A stretch of DNA of 64,000 nt from Vicugna vicugna. Lineage: Eukaryota. The stretch's first letter is position 1. Each line of letters begins with the position of its first letter. The notes under the pieces are model-generated. The model saw nothing but the letters and a program-made list of their open reading frames with translations, was not told the DNA's origin and did not search any database. Made by a program: the position numbers and the translations under genes. Where the stretch lies: positions 68,264 through 132,263 of the forward strand of contig MU058716.1 of the NCBI GenBank assembly GCA_013265495.1, in the 5' to 3' direction. Of the stretch, positions 53,320-64,000 are shown in pieces.

Positions 53320-54560
53320 GAATAAAGCCAAAACTATAAGACACTGATGAAAGAAACTGAAGATGACAAAAACAGATGGAAAGCTATGTTGCATATTAAT
53401 ATTGTGAAAATGACCACAGTACCCAAAGCAACCTACAGCTTTAATGCCATCCCTATGGAAATATCAATGGTATTATTCACAGAACTAGAACAAATAATTC
53501 TAAAATTTGTATGGAAACACGAAAGACCCAAGAACTGCCAAAATAATCTAAAGAACAAAGCTGGAGATACCATGCTCCCTAATTTCAAACTAAAGCTACA
53601 GTCATCAAAACATTATGGTACTGGCAGAAAAATCAACACATAGATTAATGAAACAGAACAGAGAGCCTAGAAATGAACCCACCTTTTCATGAGTGATTAA
53701 TCTATGACAAAGGAGGCAAGAATACATAACGGGGAAAAGACAGACTCTCCAATACATGGTCTTGGGAAAGCTGGACAGCTCCATGCAAAACAATCAAACT
53801 GGACTAGTGTTTCACATCATATACAAAAATAAATTCAAAATGTATTGAAGACTTACATGTAAGACCTGAGACCGCAAAACTTCTGGAAGAAAACACAGGC
53901 AGTACACTCTCTGACATATTATTAGTATTTTTTGGATTTGTCTCCTCAGACAAAAGAAACAAAAGCAAAAATAAACAAATGGGACCTAATCAAACCAGAA
54001 AACTTCTGCACAGTGAAGGGGAACTATTAACAAAATAAAAAGGCTGCCCATTGAATGCGAAAAGACATTTGCAAATGACATAGCCAATAATGGTTACTGT
54101 CCAAGATATACAAAGAATTTATGCAACTCAACATTAAACACACAAACAACCCAAGTAAAAAAACCACCATACAATCCAGAAATTCCACTCATGGTTATTT
54201 GTCCAAAATATATGATATATGTATCCCAGTGTTCACTGCAGCATTATTTACAATAGCCAAGATATGGAAGCAACCAAAGTGCCCATCAATAGACAAATGA
54301 ACAAAGATGATGTCTATATATACAATGAAACAATTCTCAGCCATAAGAAAAGAATGAAATCTTGCCATTCGTGACAACATGGATGGATCTAGAGGATATT
54401 ATGAATGGTGAAGTCAGACAAAGACAAATACTGTATGATTTCACTTATACGTGGAATCTGAAAAACAAAAATGAACAAATAGAACAAAGCTGAAACAGAG
54501 TTACGGATACAGAGAACAGATGGATGCCTGAGGTGAGGGAGGGAGGGTGAGAAGAGATTT
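53320..54560 (+). mobile_element. L1 ORF2 3' portion + 3' UTR with internal deletion near 54165
   Basis: INIVKMTTVPKATYSFNAIP...ELEQIILKFVWKHERP in ORF 53347..53643. Confidence 0.9.
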
Positions 54561-55729
54561 ATAAGATATAAATAACTTTGTTTTCCTTTTTATTGTGTTT
54601 CATGAAAAAATTACAGATTTTATATAAATCTCCAGTGAAAATCTTCATTGCAGTTTAGTTTTTTAATTTATTGGTGATGGAAAGTGGTACTTTTACATGA
54701 TTATCAAAAACATATTTGAACTCATGCTTGCCATCTGGAATGATCTTGGGAAATATTAAAATAAGGACCAGAATTCCTTTAATCAGCTCCATCATCTTTC
54801 CCCATGTGTTTAGCAGAGTTTCTTGATTTTTTGGATTTATATTTTACATCAATATTTTTTAAACATTTATTGAACTTTTTGTGGTCTAGTATCTAATATT
54901 TGGCATTGGGGGAAAACATTCCATGACCATATGAAAAACTATTGACTACACCATATAAAATACAACATACATCTATTGGTTCTACTTATTTACTGAAGTA
55001 TTTATATCAATTTAATTAAAGATTATTTTGGTGCTTATTATATGGCAGGTTCTCATTTTCTCATTTAAATTTTATCTACCTGATCAGCAGATTCTTTTTT
55101 TTTTTTTACTCTCCAAATATAATACGCTTTCATAAATTCTTTTGTATACAGAAATTTGTTTTTTACATTTTGGTTTTATATTACTCAGCATTAAGACTTC
55201 TATTTGTTATCACATAATGATTTTCGTTACTGTATTTTTATTATTTGTTATCCATGCTTTCCTTTAATTTTAATTGAATTCAATTCACTGTAACTTTCAT
55301 TGTTATCTAATGTTTTTCCAAGATCTCTAGCTTGCAAATGCTATGTTGTTGAATTACACTGGTTTTCAACAGTCAAACCTGAGACTCTTTGCTATCTGGA
55401 AATCATAAGCAAAATTAAGTCATGGCCTTCTCACTATAAAAGTTGCTTTATAACAAAATACCCCTGAACCTCATTCCACCTTCTGGTTTGAGTGCTCCTG
55501 GTTCACTATCTTTTGGTGTGTGTGAAAATGAGCTTTTACTAATTACTACTTCGGCGATTTATTGGTTTTAGTCTTTTCTTAACTTTTGACACTACCTCTT
55601 CCAAAATTTATGTTTTAAAAATATCGCTGCAGAACTTTTCTGCCTCTAACTCCAGAGGATTAAACTTCAACAAGAAAAGAGAAATACAGATGTTCTCCTA
55701 CAAAGGAAGAGTGAGAAAGAGTTTGTCAC

Positions 55730-56130
55730 TAGAAGCCCGACCGTTAAAGCCGGGCTGGGCCTCCCTGGTTCCGCTCTCCTCACCTCGGCCTCTGCGGCCT
55801 CACTGCGCGCGGCCCCGGAGCCCGCTCTCCCTAGCTCGGAGCACTGCCCTCGCCGCCTGCCCTACCTCCAGGCCGGTCTTCGCGCCTCTCCGGAGCCGAC
55901 ACAGTCGCTGTCCCGCTGCAATGTGGCTTCTCCGTGGTCAGCAACTCGGCCTAGCGGCTCCGCTGGGCCTCGCCTGCCGCCGCATCCAGCCGCTTGGAAC
56001 AGAGCCGGCGACTTCCCCACGGACCGGAACTCAACCGCCCAAGTCAACCGGCAGCAGCTGCGGGGCCCCGCCCACGCCGCACACGTCCCACGAGAAGTTG
56101 CGCCAGCTGGAGAGGCGGGAAATTTAAAGT
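55730..56130. promoter_or_regulatory. CpG-island promoter
   Basis: Sharp GC/CpG-rich island in AT-rich DNA. GC box CCCCGCCC at 56066-56073; CCGGAA at 56024-56029; GGCGG-GAAA-TTTAAA at 56114-56128; minus-strand donors GAG|gtaggg (55865) and GAG|gtgagg (55783). Confidence 0.8.
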
Positions 56131-56189
56131 GGTCTCAGAGAAAACTGCCCAGAAAGGGGAAGGTTTTAAAGATATATTGGAGGAGGCGG

Positions 56190-56530
56190 TAATATGTACT
56201 TCCCATCACCCAGTCTTCCTTGATAAAAACAATAAACAAATCCCAGTTGAGAGACATTCTATAAAATATTTGACCAGTAATTCTCAAAATTATCAAAATC
56301 ATCAAAAATAAGGAAATTCTGAGAAAATATCACGATCAAGAGGATCCTAAGGAAGCATGACTACTGGATGATCCTGGTAAAGAAAACATTCGGAAAAAAA
56401 TGATAGAGTCTGAGTGAATATAGATTTTAGTAAATAATAATGTATCAATATTAGTTCATTAATGTAATAAGGGGAACTCTCTAGTTTATTTGTAAATTTT
56501 TTGTGCAAAAACTCTATAAATCTAAAACTT
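56190..56530 (+). mobile_element. L1MC-like 3' UTR fragment
   Basis: aaatcccagttgagagacattctataaaatatttgaccagtaattctcaaaattatcaa. Confidence 0.55.
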
Positions 56531-58000
56531 ACACAGCATAGTGATTTCGTATTTCTATATATTTCAAACTGATCACTACAGTAAATCCAGTTAACAATAT
56601 GCCACCATACAAATATAATACATAGTTATTGTCTAGTTTTCCCACACTATACATTTCATACTCATGACATTTATTTTGCAACTGGAAGTCTGTACCTCTT
56701 AAAAAACTCCAAAACTCCTTCCTTATTTCTTTCCTCCCCCAACTCCCTCCTTTTTGGCAACCACTTGTTTGTTCTCTGTATCTAGAACTGTTTCTGTTTT
56801 GTTATGTTTGTTCAATTGTTTCTTAGAGTCCACATATAAGTGAAAACATACAGTATTTTTCTTTGTCTGAAATAGTTCACTTAGCACATTACCCTCTGGT
56901 TCTATCCATGTTGTTGCAAATAGCAAGATTTCATTAGTGTTAATGGCTGAGTAATATTCCACTGTTTATATACTACATCTTTTTTATCCGTTCATCTGTT
57001 GATGGGCACTTGGGTTGCTTCCATATCTTGACTATTGTAAATAATGCTGCAATAAATATAGGGTGCATGGTTCTTTTCTAATTAGTATTTTTCTTCTTTT
57101 CCAATAAATACCCAAGAGTGGAACTGCTGGATAATGTGGAAGTTCTAATTTTAATTTTTGGAGCAATCTCCATACTGGAGATTGCTCTGAGGCTGCAACA
57201 ATTTACATTGCCACCAACAATGCATGAGCATTCTCTTTTCTCTACATCACTGCCAACACTTGTTATTTGTCATCTTTTTTGATGATAGCCATTCTGTCCA
57301 ATGTGAAGTGATATCTCATTGTGGTTTTTATTTGCATTTCCTTGATGATTAGTGATTTTAAAATTTTTTTCATGTGTCTGTTGGCCATCCATATGTTCTC
57401 TTTCTGAAAAATGTCTACTCAAATCCTCTGCCCATTTTTAATAGGGATGTTTGTTTTTGATGTTGATTTGTATGTGTTCTTTGTATGTTCTGGATATTAA
57501 TCCCTTACCAGATATATTGTTTGCAAATATCTTTTCACATTCATTAAGCAGCCTTTTTGCCTTGTTGATGCTTCCCTTTACTGAGTAAAAGCTTTCTAGT
57601 TCTGATGTAGTCCCATTTGTTTATTTTTGTTTTTGTTTCCCGTAACTGAGGAGACATCCAAAAAATTTACTAAGACTGTGTCATAGAGCATACTGCCTAT
57701 GTTTTCTTCTAGAAGTTTATGGTTTCACATCTTACATTTACGTCTTTAATCCATTTTTTTGAATAGTTTGAGAAGGGTATGTATTAATTCTTTAAATGTT
57801 TGGTAGAATTCATCTGTGAAGCCATTTGGTCCTGAGCTTTTTTGTTGGGAATTTTGTTTTTTTTAATTGATTCACTTTCATTACTGATTGGTCTGTTCAT
57901 ATTTTCTATTTCTTCTTGGTATAGCCTTGGGAGATTGTATATTTCTAGGAATTTGTCCATTTATTCTAGGCTGTCCATATTATTGGTGCATAGTTGTTGA
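56530..58000 (-). mobile_element. L1 3' portion (minus strand) with internal deletion at ~57755
   Basis: MEYYSAINTNEILLFATTWIEPEG in ORF 56723..56962; continuous reverse-complement ORF2. Confidence 0.92.
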
Positions 58001-58952
58001 TACTAAAGATTGTCATCAAATCACAAGGGAAGAAGAAAGGAACAAAAAGAAATGACAAAAGCAACCCCAAAACAATTAACAAAATGGCAATGAGTACATA
58101 CCTATCAATAATTACTTCAAATGTAAATGGATTAAACGCTCCCATCAAAAGACATAGAGTGGCTGAAAGGACACAAAAACAAGCTGAAAGTGAGGGGATG
58201 GGAAAAGGTATTCCATGCAAATGGAAATGAAAAGAAAGCTGGGGTAGCAATACTTATATCAGATAAAATAGACTTCAAAGCAAAAAATGTTACAGTAGAC
58301 AAAGAAGGATATTACATAATGATCAAAGGATCAACCCAAGAAAATATAACAATTATAAATATATACACACCCAACATAGGAGAACATAAATAAATAAAGC
58401 AAATATCAACAGACATATAAGGAGAAATCACAATAATACAATAATAGTAGGGGACTTTAACATTCCACTTACATCAGTGGACAGATCATCCAGAGAGAAA
58501 ATAAAAAGGAAACACTGGCCTTAAATGACACATTAGACCAGCTGGACTTAATGGATATATATTCAGAACATCTCATCCAAAAGCAACAGAATACACATTT
58601 TATCAAGTGCACATGTGATATTCTCCAGGATAGATCACATGCTAGGTGACAAAACAAGCCTTGGCAAATTAAAGAAAACTGAAATCATATCAAGCACATT
58701 TTCTGACCACAACACTATATGACACTAGAAATTAACTACAAGAAAAAAAAACTGCAAAAAACAAAAACACATGGAGGCTAAACAATATGCTACTAAACTA
58801 CCAAAGGATCACCAAAGAAATCAAAGAAGAAATCATAAAACACTTGGACACAAATGAAAATGAAAACACGATCCAAAATCACTGGGAAACAGCAAAAGTA
58901 ATTCTAAGATGGAAGTTCACGGTAATACAAGCCTACCTCAGGAAACGAGAAA
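58000..58952 (+). mobile_element. L1 ORF2 N-terminal endonuclease segment, inverted relative to the adjacent L1
   Basis: STYLSIITSNVNGLNAPIKRHR; GWEKVFHANGNEKKAGVAILISDKIDFK. Confidence 0.93.
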
Positions 58953-58959
58953 ACAGTTT

Positions 58960-60150
58960 CTTTTATAACTAAGCGAATTATCTTTTTCATATTGGGTGAG
59001 TTTTTTCAGCATGGTTTTCAAGGATTAGTCCAAATTACCTGTCAAATTTATGTGTGTGGAGTTATTTGTGGTAGTCCCTCATTACAATTTAAATATCTGT
59101 GTAGATAGTTATTGCCTATTTGATTCCCGATAATGGTAATTGGTGTGTTCCATGCTTTTTTTCTTAGTTAATCTTGCTAGAAATGTGTCAATTTTATTGA
59201 TCTCTCAAAGAATTAGGTTTTTGTTTAATTGATTTTTACCTGTATCTTTATTATTTGCTTCCTTTAGCTTCTTTTAGGTTTATTTTGCTCTTAAATTCTT
59301 GAGATAGGAGCTTAGATTATTGATTTGAGGTTTTCCTATTTTCTATTGTATGTAGTTAGTACTATAAATTTCCCTCTAAATACTGTTTTAGTTTTGTCTC
59401 ACAATTGTGATATATGGTAGCTTCATTTTCATTCAGTTCAATGTAATGTATTTTCTTTTTATTTCCCTTCAGACTTCCTTTTTTACACACGGACTTTTTA
59501 AGAAGTGTGCCATTTAGTTCCAAGTGTTTGGAGATTGTCTCATTATCTTTCTGTTTTGACTATAGTTTGATTATGTTGTGGTAGGAAACACTCTGTATAG
59601 TTACAGTTCTTTTAAACTTCTGAGGTCTGTTTTATGACCCAATAGTATGGTCTATTTTGGTGAATATTCCATTTGTACTAAAAAAGAATAGGTATTCTGC
59701 TGTTGTTGACTGGAGTGTTCCATAAAGAATAAAATTAGTTCAAGTTGATTGCGTTATTCAGTACTTCTTTATTCTCCCTTGAGAGGGTAGTGATAAAGTT
59801 TCCAAGTATATTTTTGGATTTATCTTCTTTTTTTCCCAGTTGTACATTTTTCCCTCTTAAATCTTGAGGCTCTGTTGTTAGCTGCATACATAAATAGAAT
59901 TTTGTTTGTTCTTTATAAATTGACCATTTTATAATTCTATGTCTCTTTATCCCTGTAATTTTCTTGGTTCTTAAGTCTGATATTAATATTTTAGCTTTCT
60001 TTTATTTAGTGTTTGTATAATTTTTTTCATCTTTTTAACTTTTAAACTACAGAAATCATTTTTTATTGTAGGATTCATGTAGACTGTATTTAGTTGGGGT
60101 TTACTTTTTTATACAATCTGACAATTGCTGCCTTCAAATAGGTAGGTTTA
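58960..60150 (-). mobile_element. Old L1M ORF2 fragment
   Basis: T-rich; caattttattgatctctcaaagaa, gtatggtctattttggtgaatattcca. Confidence 0.75.
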
Positions 60151-60153
60151 CAT

Positions 60154-60235
60154 TAGGGATCAATAAATATCTTCTATAAGGGGCCAAATAGTAAATATTT
60201 AGGCTTTACAAAACTTGTACTGTCTGCAGTATATC
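60154..60235. mobile_element. MER58-like hAT fragment
   Basis: ttctataaggggccaaatagtaaatatttaggcttt. Confidence 0.55.
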
Positions 60236-61769
60236 CTTTTTTACTAGAATTTATTTTTCATAACAGTTCTAGATCTACATAATAATTGAGCATATGCCTC
60301 TTCTCCCCCTACACACAATTTTACACCAGAAACTAGGTTTTCTGATAAGAAATTCACAGTCATTTGTATTACTGCACATATAACTACTATTTTAACATCC
60401 TTATTTGTTTAATGCAATATCTAGATCCCCTATGGGTCTATTCTATCATCTGTTTTGTCTCATGGATTTTGGCCATGTCCTTGGCCTACCCATATATATA
60501 TATATGTAAGAACCTTGCCAATAACATTTTACAGCTTTGTATGGTATTATCCTTCTTTGAGAGAGCTGAGTCTGTCTTCTGGCTGCTAGATAGAGTGCTG
60601 GCTGACCAAATTAATCCACTTAGAGAACAGATTAACTCCTGTCTGAGTTACAGCACTTTAGGGAAGCCCTCACTGTTAGGTCTTAACCTTACAGAAATAT
60701 CAATTGTGAACATCTGGTGTTTACCACAGTTTCTCCACAACAGCACTTTCTAAATTTGAACTCTTATCTATAGAGCATCACAATACCGGTGAAATTTTTC
60801 TCTGCTTTTTACAAGATTTCTGCTTGATTTTAGCTCTAAGATTTATAATTCAGCAAATGTAGTAACTGAAAACCCAACAGAGTGTTATCTCACTTATCTA
60901 CCTTTCTCCTTACTGAAATATCCTGCCCCACACCATGCCCTAATTTTGGTCTCTTTAGGTTCATAGGTCTGTCAAAAGTTGTGCCAGTTTTTTGTCATCT
61001 TACTAGATTTGTTTTTTGTTTTTCCTCTCAGACCCTTTGCCAAAATCTCAGCTTCTTGCCAATGTCTAAAAATAATAAATATCCTCAGGGAAAAAGTAAC
61101 TGCAGAGGTTGCTTCTCCTCTCAAGTTTTGCCTTTCTCCAGGAATTTGGGCTTTAACTTCCTAGTTGTCTAAATAACTGTCTGATACCCTTAAAAAAGAA
61201 ATCTTTTAAAACTTCATTCAGTTTTTCTAGGTGTTCTCAGCGGGAGCACTGTTCTGCATAAGCTACTCCATTGTAGCTTGAAGTGGAAGTCTTATTTTCT
61301 TTACTTATTTTACTTGCTTAGTCCTTTGGTTTCCAATTCCGGTTATGTTGCCCTTATTTAACAACAATCTCTGCCTAGTTCTTTGAACTTTTGTATGTTT
61401 AACTTAGAGGAGCTATTATTTATACATACTTTCAGATGTTTCCAGTTCCATTCTCTGATAAAAAGGCAGACATACCAATTCAGGAACAATGGTAAGACTG
61501 GCTTTGTACAGACAGTTAGTATGGTCTTCCAGTGGCTACTCATTTTAATACAGAAGTCTACTTCTAGGTTCTGATTCATTTCAATGTGTTTTTTCTTTAG
61601 ACTATATGACTGCAAGTAGTCATATCACAAGCTATCATTATGACATTTCTGCCCTTTCTTTTATATGTTCATTAATTCCAAGAATGATATAAAATATGAG
61701 GGTTATTGGATGAATAATTATTGACTGACTAAGAAATAAATTGTTAGGTTTGGATGTAAAAATCTAACA

Positions 61770-62367
61770 TACATATATTCAGAAGGAACCCTACTTCAAA
61801 AAGACACCTGCACCCCAATGTTCATAGCAGCACTATTTACAATAGCCAAGACATGGGAACAGCCTAAATGTCCATCAACAGATGACTGGATAAAGAAGAA
61901 GTGGTATATTTATACAATGGAATACTACTCAGCCATAAAAACCGACAACATAACGCCATTTGCAGCAACATGGATGCTCCTAAAGAATGTCATTCTAAGT
62001 GAAGTAAGCCAGAAAGAGAAAGAAAAATACTATATGAGATTGCTCATATGTGGAATCTAAAAAAAAAAAAGCATAAATATAAAACAGAAATTGACTCACA
62101 GACATAGAATATAAACTTGTGGTTGCCAAGGGAGCAGGAGGTGGGAAGAGATAGACTGGGACTTCAAAATTGTAGAGTAGATAAACAAGATTATACTGTG
62201 TAGCACAGGGAAATACATACAAGATCTTATGGTAGCTCACAGAGAAAAAAATGTGGCAATGAATGTACACATGTTCATGTATAGCTGAAAGGTGGTACTC
62301 TGCACTGGAATTTGACACAACATTGTAAAATGATTATAAATCAATAAAACAAATGTTTAAAAAAAAG
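61770..62367 (+). mobile_element. Younger L1 3' end with A tail
   Basis: MFIAALFTIAKTWEQPKCPSTDDWIKKKWYIYTMEYYSAIK is nearly intact; aataaa and A tail. Confidence 0.93.
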
Positions 62368-62942
62368 AATCTAGAGAATCTAGGACTGGTGAGGGCTGTG
62401 GCCAAGTAAAGAATATATGCCCCCTTTAAAGGCATTCAAATTCACATTCTTCAAACTGTGGGCAAAGATACACCTTCTAGTTGGGTTCTCTGATATAGAC
62501 AGAGGTCCCACTCCACCTCCTCAGCTCACAATAAGGAAACAATATCCAGGCAGGAAGTAGCTTGGCCAGTGTGTCTCAAAGTTACGGGCAGAAGCAGAAA
62601 CAACCTGGTGGTCACAGACACTGTTTTCAACTTTTTTAATCCCCCAGCTGATTCAGCCTTGAGTGACTGAACGTCTCAGGGTTGGTGACCAAACACCAGT
62701 TAAAAGACTCAACACCGCCCTCTCTGCACCTGGCTATCTGGAGGCCAGGCCCCTTTCACTCACACTGTGAGGGGGGATTGCGTCAGTCAGGTGCCTGATG
62801 AGGTGAAGCCGTGACTGGAGCCCATACCCAAGGGAGTGGCCGTTTAACCTGCTTTGATTCCGGACATACCTCGACAACGCTGGGGAGTGCAGCCGCATCA
62901 AGCAGGGCCCCCACACAATTCTCCACACACACCTGGCCCCCT

Positions 62943-62957
62943 CCCCCCCCCCCCCCC
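62943..62957 (+). repeat. C15 homopolymer
   Basis: Read directly from the sequence. Confidence 0.9.
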
Positions 62958-64000
62958 TACGCCAGGCAGACACCTGGTGCCCCCACTTCGCCCCCAACAG
63001 AAACTCTCCTCTAGCCAGCCCCCACCTCAGGCTTACCTTGAGAGAAAACCAAGATGCAAAAAAAACAAAAAACCCATAAAGCAGCGGACATTGTTGAAAC
63101 GCTGACAGCAGGGAATAACCATACAGCATAAGCCATCAGCGCCAGTGACCCATGCCGAGTGTGTGCCTTCAACACCAGTGACGCGGGCCCAGGGTGTGCT
63201 TTAAGAATTAAAAGAAGCCAGTCTGTAGATAACATGTTGCTCAGTAAATACCTGTTGACTCTCTTTTTGTTGGAAACTGCAGCAATATGGACAGGGATTG
63301 CAGTGAGAGTAGAACAATGAAAAGTTGGCTCTTGCTGTAGAAGACTTTGTGGTTTGGTCCTTGTGAAGATTTAAAGTTCAGTTCTGTCACCTAATTATCA
63401 TTGTAACCTATGCTTTCGATATTACTTTTTGTTTTATATCATTTAATTGGTTATAGTTCAATGGTTATATTTTATATTCTGTTGAGAATATTAAGTGATT
63501 TTTACTGAAATACTTTGGCTTAACCCTGGAATGTTACTTCATCTGCTTTTCCATGTTAAAGGCAATAAAATCATCATCAACAGTAATAATAAAACAACCA
63601 CTATCTTCTAAAGTTTGCTGTCCCCTGTTTGCGTGTGATCTCACGGGGAGCCTTTCCAGTCTTGGTCACGTATCGAGCCTTGAAGCGAACCCGCTTTCCT
63701 GCTACGCCTATTTGTTCTTGCCTGTCCAGCCATTCTTGTTAAGACTTCCACTTTCTTCTCCTCTCATTTCACTTTCTCCTTTTATTCTTCATCTGAAAGG
63801 CTAATGCTTGGTTTTTACTACAGTATCCACCCTTTGGAAGCTCTTTGCTTTTGTCATTTTGTGGAGTGTTCCTTAATAATCCTACTGGGATGACTATCCA
63901 TTCAATGCATATTTTTAAAGAACTTACTGCTTCCCTCTTCAGAAACCTTCACTATTGGTTCACTGTTCTCTGATTTTTATTATTTTTGTGTATCTGTACT

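Noticed and set aside
57966..58972. ORFs with endonuclease motifs as a host gene
   Set aside because: Frameshifted L1 ORF2 fragments
1..64000. CRISPR arrays, tRNA/rRNA genes or prokaryotic operons
   Set aside because: No regularly spaced repeats or RNA-gene motifs seen; the sequence is intron- and LINE-rich mammalian DNA

Overview
Mammalian genomic DNA; no prokaryotic features are visible. The L1 3' tails resemble camelid L1 as I recall it, so the taxon is an inference. The main feature is a spliced, minus-strand copy of LARP4B (La-related protein 4B). It has 13 recognisable coding exons between 15831 and 33874 and a ~3 kb 3' UTR ending near an AATAAA at 12831-12836. The copy looks like a diverged partial duplicate rather than the ortholog. 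(i) I find no N-terminal (PAM2w) exons in the 30 kb upstream. (ii) The RRM exon at ~25723-25824 loses homology midway and runs into TGA/TAA. (iii) The other 12 exons keep GT-AG sites and open frames, including a +15 nt and a -15 nt in-frame indel. At ~36.4 kb an old L1 stops abruptly and the sequence becomes AT-rich. Just beyond lies a non-LARP4B 55-nt exon whose phase fits the first LARP4B exon, followed by further candidate exons and a CpG-island promoter (~55.7-56.1 kb) with a CDE/CHR (E2F/DREAM-type) element. The leading hypothesis is a chimeric LARP4B-derived gene or transcribed pseudogene with a captured promoter and a new N-terminus. The rest is interspersed repeats (L1, L2, MIR, LTRs, hAT MITEs), named by eye and needing RepeatMasker confirmation. 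Comparisons with human LARP4B are from memory.
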